From assembly GCA_002269645.1 (NCBI GenBank), contig NIVC01000278.1:372001-436000 (forward strand): a stretch of 64,000 bases of DNA, read 5' to 3'. Below, one piece after another: positions 1 to 12,138 of the stretch. The stretch comes from Macrostomum lignano (Eukaryota). The number at the start of each line of letters is the position of its first letter. The first letter of the stretch is position 1. Under the pieces are notes generated by a model. The model did not search any database. It was given only the letters and a program-made list of their open reading frames with translations, and had not been told where the DNA came from. A program made the translations under genes and the position numbers.

Positions 1-372
1 TACATCTGACAGACAGACAGACACAGACTAACAGACAGACAGATACATCTGACAGACAGACAGACACAGACTAACAGACAGACAGATACATCTGACAGAC
101 AGACAGATACATCTGGCAGACAGACAGACAGATACATCTGGCAGACAGACAGACAGATACATCTGGCAGACAGACAGACAGATACATCTGGCAGACAGAC
201 AGACAGATACATCTGGCAGACAGACAGACAGATACATCTGACAGACAGACAAACAGATACATCTGACAGACAGACAGAAAGACACATTTGACAGACAGAC
301 AGACAGACAGATACATCTGACAGACAGACAGAAAGACACATTTGACAGACAGACAGACAGACAGATACATCT

Positions 373-404
<32 letters not shown>

Positions 405-445
405 CAGACAGACAGACACAGACTAACAAACAGACAGATACATCT

Positions 446-492
<47 letters not shown>

Positions 493-510
493 GGAGACAG
501 AGCCAGACAC
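1..510. repeat. (CAGA)n-based microsatellite/minisatellite with interspersed TACATCTG units
   Basis: Direct reading: ACAG/CAGA runs punctuated by gatacatctg. The overlapping SVCL-type ORFs are repeat artefacts. Confidence 0.95.
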
Positions 511-1088
511 ACACAGCAGCGGATTAATCCTAAAGAACAGCTATACTAAAAACCGGATGAAGCATAATGGAAAGACACTCGGGCTGTGACTGAATAAACA
601 GGCTAAAAGAAAAAGAACAATCAATGTTATTTACTTTTATTTTGCTCATTAATTGTCTGGTTGGAAATACTCTTATATAATACTAACAGTAGCAAGCAAC
701 ATTGCAGTGAATTATTAACAGCTGGCAGAGGAACGTGACAGCGGAACACACAAGAAAGAGTATTTCTATTGTCGAATGCTATTCCAAGGTTTCTTTCAAA
801 CTCGAATAAGGTCGTGAAGGTCGTACATTCATTGCCTTTTTGATTCAAAGAACCAGCACTAAAGATAGGAATGAGCAGCTATAAGGCTTGCATACAGGAA
901 TATCAACACAGGTTAAAAAACTAACACAAGCAATTAACACAAAAGGCACAAAATCATGCGCTTGATACTACTAATAGTAAATATATTACTACTAAGTACT
1001 AAGTTTTTTTCAATCAAGCAGCCGACATGTTTTGAAACAAACTCTATCAATATTAAATCAATTTATTATCCCATAAGATTTAGAAGCG

Positions 1089-1790
1089 ATGCAGTGGGTG
1101 GGAAACTGGGTGAGATTGAGACTGAGAATTGGGGTGAGATTGAGAATTAGAATTGGGGTGAGATTGATCCTGAGACTAGGGGTGAGATTGAGACGGAAAC
1201 TCGGGGTGAGATTGAGACGGAAAATCGGGGTGAGATTGAGACGGAGAATCGGGGTAAGATTGAGATGGAAAATCGGGGTGAGATTGAGACTGAAACTAAG
1301 GGTGCGATTGAGACTGAGAATTGCGGTGAGATTGAGAATTAGATTTGGGGTGAGATTGAGACTGAGAATTGGGGTGAGATTGAGACTGAGAATTGGGGTG
1401 AGATTGAGAATTAGATTTGGGGTGAGATTGAGACTGAGAATTGGGGTGCGATTGAGACTGAGAATTGGGGTGAGATTGAGAATTAGATTTGGGGTGAGAT
1501 TGAGACTGAGAATCGGGGTGAGATTGAGACGGAAAATCGGGGTGAGATTGAGACGGAGAATCGGGGTGAGATTGAGATGGAAAATCGGGGTGAGATTGAG
1601 ACTGAGAATCGGGGTGAGATTGAGACGGAAAATCGGGGTGAGATTGAGACGGAGAATCGGGGTGAGATTGAGATGGAAAATCGGGGTGAGATTGAGACGG
1701 AGAATCGGGGTGAGATTGAGATGGAAAATCGGGGTGAGATTGAGACTGAGATTTGGGTTGAGACTGAGGTTTTTGGAGATCGAGACCCAT
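1089..1790. repeat. 24-bp minisatellite (GGGGTGAGATTGAGACTGAGAATT-like) just 3' of the MINDY3 stop codon
   Basis: Roughly 28 tandem units, variants ...ACGGAAAATC/...ACTGAGAATT/...AATTAGATTT. The 8-aa periodic ORFs (GVRLRLRI, LNLTPILS) are artefacts. Confidence 0.95.
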
Positions 1791-1820
1791 GGAAGCAGGA
1801 AGACCGAGCCCCCCCCCAAG

Positions 1821-2237
1821 TTAGTTAATGCTCGGCAGCCGGTCGCCTTCCCATTTCACAGTGAGAGTTGGCCATTTAGTCTGCAGCACTCTCATCAGGT
1901 CGCAGTGCCCGACGCTGCAGTCGGCGATCTCCTGCTGCATGTTAGCGTCGCCCCGCACGTACGCCACCTTGGCAGTGGCGCCTCTGGCCAGGTTATTGAG
2001 GTGGAACAGAGCAAATTTGCTGGGATAATCGTTGCAAGCATTGGGGAAGAATAGCCGGATGAAGCTGTCTCTTAAAATGATTTGAAGACCTTCGGGATCG
2101 AGGCGGGTCTTCAACTCGGACAGATTCTGGCAGCCTTCGGGCAGGTCGAGCCTGGCCGACTTTATCAGCTCGTCCAGCTTGTCGGCTGGGATAAATCCTG
2201 CCGAGCTGGCGTCCAGCTGGTGAAAGACTCGCTCCAC
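1821..2237 (-). CDS. MINDY3: MINDY3 coding exon 5 (last)
   Basis: Acceptor gcccag|GTG; ends ...DRLPSIN TAA at 1821. Confidence 0.93.
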   Translation of the reverse strand: MERVFHQLDASSAGFIPADKLDELIKSARLDLPEGCQNLSELKTRLDPEGLQIILRDSFIRLFFPNACNDYPSKFALFHLNNLARGATAKVAYVRGDANMQQEIADCSVGHCDLMRVLQTKWPTLTVKWEGDRLPSIN

Positions 2238-5200
2238 CTGGGCGGTTGGGTGGGATTTTTATATAGTGGATTTGGTTTGACATTGGGGGTTTTGACATTT
2301 TGACATTTGGGACTTTTCATTGGGGATTTGGGATTTTTCGTTACAGATTTGGGATTTTTATTCGGGATTTGGGATTTTTCATTGGGGATTCGGGATTCTT
2401 TATTGGGATTTAGGATTTCTCATTGGGGATTTGAGATTTTTTATTGGGGATTTGGGATTTTTAATTGGGGATTTGGGATTTTTCGTTAGAGATTTGGGAT
2501 TTAACACTAGAGATTTGGGATTTTTTATTTGGAATTTTGCATTTTCTCGTTAGGGATTTAGGATTTTTCATCGGAGATTTTGGATTTTTATTTGGGGATT
2601 TGGGACTTTTCTTTAGGGATTTGGGATTTTTCATTTGGGATTTGGGATTTTTTATTGGGGATTTAGGGTTTTTCATTGGGGAGTGGAGATTTTTCAGGCG
2701 AGATTTAGGATTTTTAAGAATATGGATTTTTTAGGGGACTTAGAGCGTATTCATAATTCCAATAGATTTGCGAGTTTTTGTTTCTGCAAGAAACTGACCT
2801 CTTGACACTTGCCATCGCCCTGAATGAGTCCGGCCTCATTAGAGAACAGCACAGTGAGGTGAGTCTCGCTGCCAACGATCCACACCGGGTAGCGAGGATT
2901 CTTCAGGTGCCAGCCAACCTCGCAGTAGCGCAGGGACTCCAACAGAGTGAGAAATCCAATACTGGGTTGACTGGCAATGCCTTGCATAACTGCGGGTTTA
3001 TTTTGTTGCGAATTTATACGCTAATTATGCTACTGACAGTAGATGTATAAGTGCATGTTTTTTGAGAATTAGTATCTAGGCTAAGAAGCGTCCCAAGAGT
3101 CACTTTCGTTGTCTGAACGGTGTGTTTTTGAACGGTTATGCACAAACTACACTACTTTAAATTAGCTGGTAAGTAGTAATCAATGCTTTTTATAGGAAAA
3201 AAATAATACAAAAGACGAAAAATTCCCCCCCTCTCTCTCTCACCCAGGCCGTCAACGTTGCGCATTCCGTCAAAAAAATGAGGCGTCGCCACCCCAGCAA
3301 TGAGCAGATTGAGCAGTGCCTGGCTGCCATTTCCGCTGCGCGGATCAACAAGGGATTCTTCTTCGTCTGCCACCTGTTGGCGAACTTGATCTACGCCTAG
3401 CGTGAGCACGGCTGAGTACACCAGGGATAGCAGGCCCAGTTTGCCTAGTAGGCCTTGCAGTACTGACATGACCATCTGCTCCATGAGGTCGGGCTGCGGT
3501 GCGGGGTGAGGGGGCGATGCTTAGTGAAGGGTCAGGGGACATGCTTAGTGAAGGATCAGGGGAGATGCTTAGTGAAGGGTCAGGGGAGATGCTTAGTGAA
3601 GGATCAGGGGAGATGCTTAGTGAAGGATCAGGGGAGATGCTTAGTGAAGGGTCAGGGGAGATGCTTAGTGAAGGATCAGGGGAGATGCTTAGTGAAGGAT
3701 CAGGAGCGATGCTTAGTGAAGGGTCAGGAGCGATGCTTAGTGAAGGGTCAGGGAGATGCTTAGTGAAGGATCAGGGGAGATGCTTAGTGAAGGATCAGGG
3801 GAGATGCTTAGTGAAGGATCAGGGGAGATGCTTAGTGAAGGGTCAGGGAGATGCTTAGTGAAGGATCAGGGGAGATGCTTAGTGAAGGGTCAGGGGAGAT
3901 GCTTAGTGAAGGTCAGGGGAGATGCTTAGTGAAGGATCAGGGGAGATGCTTAGTGAAGGGTCAGGGAGATGCTTAGTGAAGGATCAGGGGAGATGCTTAG
4001 TGAAGGATCAGGGGAGATGCTTAGTGAAGGATCAGGGGAGATGCTTAGTGAAGGATCAGGGGAGATGCTTAGTGAAGGATCAGGGGAGATGCTTAGTGAA
4101 GGATCAGGGGAGATGCTTAGTGAAGGATCAGGGGAGATGCTTAGTGAAGGATCAGGGGAGATGCTTAGTGAAGGATCAGGGGAGATGCTTAGTGAAGGAT
4201 CAGGGGAGATGCTTAGTGAAGGATCAGGGGAGATGCTTAGTGAAGGATCAGGGGAGATGCTTAGTGAAGGATCAGGGGAGATGCTTAGTGAAGGATCAGG
4301 GGAGATGCTTAGTGAAGGATCAGGGGAGATGCTTAGTGAAGGATCAGGGGAGATGCTTAGTGAAGGGTCAGGGGAGATGCTTAGTGAAGGATCAGGAGCG
4401 ATGCTTAGTGAAGGGTCAGGGGCGATGCTTAGTGAAGGGTCAGGGGAGATGCTTAGTGAAGGATCAGGGGAGATGCTTAGTGAAGGATCAGGGGAGATGC
4501 TTAGTGAAGGATCAGGGGAGATGCTTAGTGAAGGATCAGGGGAGATGCTTAGTGAAGGATCAGGGGAGATGCTTAGTGAAGGATCAGGGGAGATGCTTAG
4601 TGAAGGATCAGGGGAGATGCTTAGTGAAGGATCAGGGGAGATGCTTAGTGAAGGATCAGGGGAGATGCTTAGTGAAGGATCAGGGGAGATGCTTAGTGAA
4701 GGATCAGGGGAGATGCTTAGTGAAGGGTCAGGGGAGATGCTTAGTGAAGGATCAGGAGCGATGCTTAGTGAAGGGTCAGGGGCGATGCTTAGTGAAGGGT
4801 CAGGGGAGATGCTTAGTGAAGGATCAGGGGAGATGCTTAGTGAAGGATCAGGGGAGATGCTTAGTGAAGGATCAGGGGAGATGCTTAGTGAAGGATCAGG
4901 GGAGATGCTTAGTGAAGGGTCAGGGGAGATGCTTAGTGAAGGATCAGGGGAGATGCTTAGTGAAGGATCAGGGGAGATGCTTAGTGAAGGATCAGGGGAG
5001 ATGCTTAGTGAAGGGTCAGGGGAGATGCTTAGTGAAGGGTCAGGGGAGATGCTTAGTGAAGGGTCAGGGGAGATGCTTAGTGAAGGGTCAGGGGAGATGC
5101 TTAGTGAAGGGTCAGGGGAGATGCTTAGTGAAGGGTCAGGGGAGATGCTTAGTGAAGGGTCAGGGGAGATGCTTAGTGAAGGATCAGGAGCGATGCTTAG

Positions 5201-8200
5201 TGAAGGGACAGGAGCGATGCTTAGTGAAGGGTCAGGGGAGATGCTTAGTGAAGGGTCAGGGGAGATGCTTAGTGAAGGGTCAGGGGAGATGCTTAGTGAA
5301 GGATCAGGAGCGATGCTTAGTGAAGGGTCAGGGGAGATGCTTAGTGAAGGGTCAGGAGCGATGCTTAGTGAAGTGTCAGGAGCGATGCTTAGTGAAGGGT
5401 CAGGGGAGATGCTTAGTGAAGGGTCAGGAGCGATGCTTAGTGAAGGGTCAGGGGAGATGCTTAGTGAAGGGTCAGAGAGATGCTTAGTGAAGGGTCAGGG
5501 GAGATGCTTAGTGAAGGGTCAGGAGCGATGCTTAGTGAAGGGTCAGGAGCGATGCTTAGTGAAGGGTCAGGGGAGATGCTTAGTGAAGGGTCAGGGGAGA
5601 TGCTTAGTGAAGGGTCAGGGGAGATGCTTAGTGAAGGGTCAGGGGAGATGCTTAGTGAAGGGTCAGGGGAGATGCTTAGTGAAGGGTCAGGGGAGATGCT
5701 TAGTGAAGGATCAGGGGAGATGCTTAGTGAAGGATCAGGGGAGATGCTTAGTGAAGGATCAGGAGCGATGCTTAGTGAAGGGTCAGGAGCAATGCTTAGT
5801 GAAGGGTCAGGGGAGATGCTTAGTGAAGGGTCAGGGGAGATGCTTAGTGAAGGATCAGGGGAGATGCTTAGTGAAGGATCAGGGGAGATGCTTAGTGAAG
5901 GATCAGGGGAGATGCTTAGTGAAGGGTCAGGGGAGATGCTTAGTGAAGGATCAGGGGAGATGCTTAGTGAAGGGTCAGGAGCGATGCTTAGTGAAGGGTC
6001 AGGAGCGATGCTTAGTGAAGGGTCAGGGGAGATGCTTAGTGAAGGGTCAGGGGAGATGCTTAGTGAAGGGTAAGGAGCGATGCTTAGTGAAGGATCAGGA
6101 GCGATGCTTAGTGAAGGATCAGGGGACATGCTTAGTGAAGGATCAGGAGCGATGCTTAGTGAAGGGTCAGGAGCGATGCTTAGTGAAGGATCAGGGGAGA
6201 TGCTTAGTGAAGGGTCAGGAGCGATGCTTAGTGAAGGGTCAGGAGCGATGCTTAGTGAAGGGTCAGGGGAGATGCTTAGTGAAGGATCAGGGGAGATGCT
6301 TAGTGAAGGATCAGGGGAGATGCTTAGTGAAGGATCAGGGGAGATGCTTAGTGAAGGATCAGGAGCGATGCTTAGTGAAGGGTCAGGAGCGATGCTTAGT
6401 GAAGGGGCAGGGGAGATGCTTAGTGAAGGTCAGGGGCGATGCTTAGTGAAGGGTCAGGGGAGATGCTTAGTGAAGGGTCAGGAGCGATGCTTAGTGAAGG
6501 GTCAGGGGAGATGCTTAGTGAAGGGTCAGGGGACATGCTTAGTGAAGGATCAGGGGAGATGCTTAGTGAAGGATCAGGAGCGATGCTTAGTGAAGGGTCA
6601 GGAGCGATGCTTAGTGAAGGTCAGGGGCGATGCTTAGTGAAGGATCAGGGGAGATGCTTAGTGAAGGATCAGGGGAGATGCTTAGTGAAGGATCAGGGGA
6701 GATGCTTAGTGAAGGATCAGGGGAGATGCTTAGTGAAGGATCAGGGGAGATGCTTAGTGAAGGATCAGGGGAGATGCTTAGTGAAGGATCAGGGGAGATG
6801 CTTAGTGAAGGATCAGGGGAGATGCTTAGTGAAGGATCAGGGGAGATGCTTAGTGAAGGATCAGGGGAGATGCTTAGTGAAGGATCAGGGGAGATGCTTA
6901 GTGAAGGATCAGGGGAGATGCTTAGTGAAGGATCAGGGGAGATGCTTAGTGAAGGATCAGGGGAGATGCTTAGTGAAGGGTCAGGGGCGATGCTTAGTGA
7001 AGGGTCAGGGGAGATGCTTAGTGAAGGATCAGGGGAGATGCTTAGTGAAGGATCAGGGGAGATGCTTAGTGAAGGATCAGGGGAGATGCTTAGTGAAGGA
7101 TCAGGGGAGATGCTTAGTGAAGGATCAGGGGAGATGCTTAGTGAAGGATCAGGGGAGATGCTTAGTGAAGGATCAGGGGAGATGCTTAGTGAAGGATCAG
7201 GGGAGATGCTTAGTGAAGGATCAGGGGAGATGCTTAGTGAAGGATCAGGGGAGATGCTTAGTGAAGGATCAGGGGAGATGCTTAGTGAAGGATCAGGGGA
7301 GATGCTTAGTGAAGGATCAGGGGAGATGCTTAGTGAAGGATCAGGGGAGATGCTTAGTGAAGGATCAGGGGAGATGCTTAGTGAAGGATCAGGGGAGATG
7401 CTTAGTGAAGGATCAGGGGAGATGCTTAGTGAAGGATCAGGGGAGATGCTTAGTGAAGGGTCAGGGGAGATGCTTAGTGAAGGGTCAGGGGAGATGCTTA
7501 GTGAAGGGTCAGGGGAGATGCTTAGTGAAGGGTCAGGGGAGATGCTTAGTGAAGGGTCAGGGGAGATGCTTAGTGAAGGATCAGGGGAGATGCTTAGTGA
7601 AGGATCAGGGGAGATGCTTAGTGAAGGATCAGGAGCGATGCTTAGTGAAGGGTCAGGAGCGATGCTTAGTGAAGGGTCAGGGGAGATGCTTAGTGAAGGG
7701 TCAGGAGCGATGCTTAGTGAAGGGTCAGGGGATGCTTAGTGAAGGGTCAGGAGCGATGCTTAGTGAAGGGTCAGGAGCGATGCTTAGTGAAGGGTCAGGG
7801 GAGATGCTTAGTGAAGGGTCAGGGGAGATGCTTAGTGAAGGGTCAGGGGAGATGCTTAGTGAAGGATCAGGGGAGATGCTTAGTGAAGGATCAGGGGAGA
7901 TGCTTAGTGAAGGATCAGGGGAGATGCTTAGTGAAGGATCAGGGGAGATGCTTAGTGAAGGGTCAGGAGCGATGCTTAGTGAAGGGTCAGGAGCGATGCT
8001 TAGTGAAGGGTCAGGGGAGATGCTTAGTGAAGGGTCAGGGGATGCTTAGTGAAGGGTCAGGAGCGATGCTTAGTGAAGGATCAGGAGCGATGCTTAGTGA
8101 AGGATCAGGAGCGATGCTTAGTGAAGGGTCAGGAGCGATGCTTAGTGAAGGATCAGGAGGATGCTTAGTGAAGGGTCAGGAGCGATGCTTAGTGAAGGGT

Positions 8201-10718
8201 CAGGAGCGATGCTTAGTGAAGGGTCAGGAGCGATGCTTAGTGAAGGGTCAGGGGAGATGCTTAGTGAAGGATCAGGGGAGATGCTTAGTGAAGGATCAGG
8301 GGAGATGCTTAGTGTAGGATCAGGAGCGATGCTTAGTGAAGGGTCAGTAGCGATGCTTAGTGAAGGGGCAGGGGAGATGCTTAGTGAAGGATCAGGAGCG
8401 ATGCTTAGTGAAGGGTCAGGGGAGATGCTTAGTGAAGGGTCAGGGGAGATGCTTAGTGAAGGGTCAGGGGAGATGCTTAGTGAAGGATCAGGAGCGATGC
8501 TTAGTGAAGGGTCAGGGGAGATGCTTAGTGAAGGTCAGGGCGATGCTTAGTGAAGGGTCAGGGGAGATGCTTAGTGAAGGTCAGGGGCGATGCTTAGTGA
8601 AGGGTCAGGGGAGATGCTTAGTGAAGGGTCAGGAGCGATGCTTAGTGAAGGGTCAGGGGAGATGCTTAGTGAAGGGTCAGGGGAGATGCTTAGTGAAGGG
8701 TCAGGGGAGATGCTTAGTGAAGGATCAGGAGCGATGCTTAGTGAAGGGTCAGGGGAGATGCTTAGTGAAGGTCAGGGGCGATGCTTAGTGAAGGGTCAGG
8801 GAGATGCTTAGTGAAGGTCAGGGGCGATGCTTAGTGAAGGATCAGGAGCGATGCTTAGTGAAGGATCAGGAGCGATGCTTAGTGAAGGATCAGGGGAGAT
8901 GCTTAGTGAAGGATCAGGGGAGATGCTTAGTGAAGGATCAGGGGAGATGCTTAGTGAAGGATCAGGGGAGATGCTTAGTGAAGGGTCAGGGGAGATGCTT
9001 AGTGAAGGGTCAGGGGAGATGCTTAGTGAAGGGTCAGGGGAGATGCTTAGTGAAGGATCAGGGGAGATGCTTAGTGAAGGATCAGGGGAGATGCTTAGTG
9101 AAGGATCAGGGGAGATGCTTAGTGAAGGATCAGGGGAGATGCTTAGTGAAGGATCAGGGAAGATGCTTAGTGAAGGGTCAGGGGAGATGCTTAGTGAAGG
9201 GTCAGGGGCGATTGTTAGTGAAGGATCAGGGGAGATGCTTAGTGAAGGGTCAGGGGAGATGCTTAGTGAAGGATCAGGGGAGATGCTTAGTGAAGGGTCA
9301 GGGGAGATGCTTAGTGAAGGGTCAGGGGAGATGCTTAGTGAAGGATCAGGGGAGATGCTTAGTGAAGGGTCAGGGGAGATGCTTAGTGAAGGGTCAGGGG
9401 CGATTCTTAGTGAAGAACTAGGAGCCGATTTAAATAGGTATAAATATAAATAATGCGGTCTTCAACCAACCTGTACAGGTGGGGGAACCTCGGACTTTCG
9501 CAGACTCTGTCGAATCTCTTCAATACTGATCACTGTAGAGCCGTCTTCTTCGCTGAGGAGCTCTTCGGGTTGGAAAACCAGCACGCAGCAGCCGCCGTTG
9601 CTGTCAGCCAGCTGCTGCATAACGGCTGCGATTGCTTGGGTAAGCAGCACTGTGGAATCGCCCTGTGGGGATAAGGAATATGGGAGATGGGATAAGGGAT
9701 ATGAAAGATGATAAGGGAGATGGGAGATGGGAGATAGGAGATGGGATAAGGGAGATGGGATAAGGGAGATGGGATAAGGGTGATGGGAGATGGGATAAGG
9801 GGGGTGGGAGATGGGATAAGGGGGATGGGATAAGGGAGATGGGATAAGGGTGATGGGAGATGGGATAAGGGGGTGGGAGATGGGATAAGGGTGATGGGAG
9901 ATGGGATAAGGGGGGTGGGAGATGGGATAAGGGAGATGGGATAAGGGAGATGGGATAAGGGTGATGGGAGATGGGATAAGGGGGTGGGAGATGGGATAAG
10001 GGAGATGGGATAAGGGAGATGGGATAAGGGAGATGGGATAAGGGTGATGGGAGATGGGATAAGGGAGATGGGATAAGGGAGATGGATAAGGGTGATGGGA
10101 GATGGGATAAGGGGGTGGGAGATGGGATAAGGGAGATGGGATAAGGGAGATGGGATAAGGGAGATGGGATAAGGGTGATGGGAGATGGGATAAGGGGGTG
10201 GGAGATGGGATAAGGGAGATGGGATAAGGGAGATGGGATAAGGGTGATGGGAGATGGGATAAGGGGGGTGGGAGATGGGATAAGGGAGATGGGATAAGGG
10301 GGATGGGAGATGGGATAAGGGGGGTGGGAGATGGGATAAGGGAGATGGGATAAGGAAGATGGGAGATGGAATAAGGAAGATAGAGATGGGAAATAGGATA
10401 AAAGAGAGGAAAGGATAGAGTTGGAGAAAAGGTACTCACAAATTAACCAGACACACATTAAACAGCATTGCCCTAGCATACCTTAAAGTCCTGAGGCTGC
10501 AGACAGCCATGTTTGAATATGGCCAATTGGATCATGTGTGCCTGAATAGCAGCAACCACAGCACAGGGTCCACCCTGCAACTGCAGCAAAGCTGTGGGCT
10601 CATCCTCGCTAAACTGGAATCCCTGAAGCCAGCGAGCCAGGGTGTCTGGCGAAGGCTCTGCAGGGCCCCACACCAGCTTGTTGCAGGCTGACCATTCTGA
10701 TTCATCTAGGATGGACAT
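1821..10718 (-). CDS. MINDY3: Ubiquitin carboxyl-terminal hydrolase MINDY-3 (FAM188A) orthologue, 5 coding exons, 428 aa
   Basis: Exons 10718-10482, 9662-9471, 3493-3244, 2989-2799 and 2237-1821. All junctions are GT-AG with matching phases (0,0,1,0); total 1287 nt. MINDY3 motifs: LVWG..., RWLQGFQFSEDEPTALLQLQGGPCAV (catalytic Cys), LVDPRSGNGSQALLNLL, IGFLTLLESLRYCEVGWHLKNPRYPVWIVGSETHLTV (catalytic His), EF-hand-like LDPEGLQIIL, and C-terminal LQTKWP...PSIN*. Confidence 0.95.
2250..2740. repeat. Degenerate (GGGATTTTT/TTGGGGATTT) array filling MINDY3 intron 4
   Basis: Direct reading; the GIWDF/WGF/NPKS ORFs are artefacts. Confidence 0.9.
2799..2989 (-). CDS. MINDY3: MINDY3 coding exon 4 (catalytic His, GSETHL)
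   Basis: Acceptor ccgcag|TT and donor GAG|gtcagt, phase 1/0. Confidence 0.93.
3244..3493 (-). CDS. MINDY3: MINDY3 coding exon 3
   Basis: Acceptor ccgcag|CCC and donor CTGG|gtgaga. Encodes LLSLVYSAVLTLGV...LVDPRSGNGSQALLNLL. Confidence 0.92.
3512..9415. repeat. ~5.9-kb 24-bp minisatellite (GGGGAGATGCTTAGTGAAGGATCA) filling MINDY3 intron 2
   Basis: About 245 units with variants GGATCA/GGGTCA and GGGGAG/GGAGCG/GGGGCG, plus occasional 23-bp units. It generates the MLSEGSGE and GRCLVKDQ artefact ORFs. Confidence 0.98.
9471..9662 (-). CDS. MINDY3: MINDY3 coding exon 2 (64 codons)
   Basis: Acceptor ccacag|GGC and donor CAG|gttggt, phase 0/0. It is the only GC-rich non-repeat block between two arrays. 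Confidence 0.85.
9668..10420. repeat. (GGGATAAGGGAGAT)-type G-rich array filling MINDY3 intron 1
   Basis: Direct reading of alternating GGGATAAGGG / GGGAGAT units. Confidence 0.95.
10482..10718 (-). CDS. MINDY3: MINDY3 coding exon 1 (79 codons, catalytic Cys GGPC)
   Basis: ATG at 10718; donor AAG|gtatgc at 10482/10481. Confidence 0.93.
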
Positions 10719-11238
10719 GATCCACTGTTGCAGCGTTGGGTGGACTAAGGAATGGAAGACAGTTTCTAGGCTAGATTTAGAGCTGTTGCATGAATTGTAT
10801 TTTTATTAGACTTTAATTGTTAAAATAATCATTTTTAAAGATCTTAAAAATAAATTGAAACACATTATATATATAAGAAATTAAACATGAAGAAAATTAT
10901 TTATTGCACAATGAATATACTAATTGGTGCCCTTTGGCTTCAATTTCAATTCAATATAACAAAATGATACATTGATATCCCTTGAAATATTAATCTTCAT
11001 ATAAGGTCAAATATTACTTATACTTTTTTAAATTAAAGAATATTGATTCTTTAATATAAAATTTTTATTCTAATTCTACACTGACTTAAAAAAGGTGGCA
11101 AACAAAATTGATATTATTTTGAAAGAAATTATTGATTGTATTATATTAAATAAATCCAAATTAAAAAAATCATGGAATAGGCCAAAATAAATAGTCCAAT
11201 TAGAGTTTGGAGTCTAAAAGTTGAAAGTTACATTTTAA

Positions 11239-12138
11239 TCTCTACCTATAAAAATCCTAACTCTGTCTGTCTGTGTATGTACAATTTTGATCGCTTTGGA
11301 CTCCTAAACTGCTCAACTAAATTACACCAAATTTTGCACTCACCCTGAAATCACTAGGGAGAATGTCTTTGGCTACCTTTAAATTTCTTAAATTTGAGCC
11401 TTCCTACCTAAAAGTGCAAAAAACTTATCAAAATACATAGTTTTTTACTAAGGCAGTGCTTATCCCCACGGTACCGTAGGAATAATTTCTGTCTTATTCC
11501 AATGGTACCGTGCGAATAATTTTCTGCTTATCCGCATGGCACACTGACGAGATAGCTGCCCTATACGTCCTCTGTTTTATTCCCTCTGCTTTACTAGCTG
11601 CCCTATCTGCTACAATATGCTGTGCGTGAATAGTTTATAGCTTATTGAAAGGGAATTTGAACTGAGGATACTAAGAAGCTGTTGATCTTGATGTATAAAC
11701 TCGAATCAGTTCTAGACTAGTATATGCATGTGTAAATGCGTGTTATTCTGCTTTACTGATACCCTTCTGTATACTTATTCAATAATAATTCAACAAAGTT
11801 GTTATACTGCACTCAAATCGTATGTACTAAACTTCCCACGGCATATGTAGAAGATAAGGCAGCTATCTTGTCAGTGTGCCGTGCGGATAAGCAGAAAATT
11901 ATTCACACGGTACCGTTGGAATAAGACAGAAATTATTCCTACGGTACCGTGGGGATAAGCACTGCCTTTTACTAAATCTTTCAAAGTGCCACTGGCTCAT
12001 CCCATATAAGCATGGTCGTAACATGACAGGTTATTTTTACTTATAAAATGAAATCTAATAATAGAATATACTAAACCAATATTTTAAATGAAAGACAAGC
12101 TGTTGAAACCCGCGGATTTTGAACCCGGGGAATTCTAA
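11239..12138 (+). mobile_element. Non-autonomous Helitron-like element (~900 bp including a nested MITE)
   Basis: 5' A|TCTCTACCTATAAAAATC...CTCTGTCTGTCTG. Candidate 3' end is a GC hairpin cccgcgg-attttgaa-cccggg followed by aattCTAA|T. Sits between A and T with no TSD. A homologous 5' end lies at 15116 on the minus strand. Confidence 0.6.
11452..11966. mobile_element. Mutator(MULE)-type MITE, 515 bp
   Basis: ~115-bp TIRs (GGCAGTGCTTATCCCCACGGTACCG... / ...CGGTACCGTGGGGATAAGCACTGCC) and a perfect 9-bp TSD TTTTACTAA at 11443-11451 and 11967-11975. Confidence 0.9.

Noticed and set aside
1089-2740. Telomere-like G-rich repeats
   Set aside because: The units are not TTAGGG or TTAGG; these are ordinary minisatellites next to or within MINDY3.
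3512-9415. CRISPR-like regular repeat
   Set aside because: There are no unique spacers, only contiguous tandem units, and the context is eukaryotic.
3499-9453. Very long ORFs (up to 825 aa; MLSEGSGE / GRCLVKDQ repeats)
   Set aside because: They are translations of a 24-bp stop-free minisatellite inside a MINDY3 intron, and the frames switch at 23-bp units.
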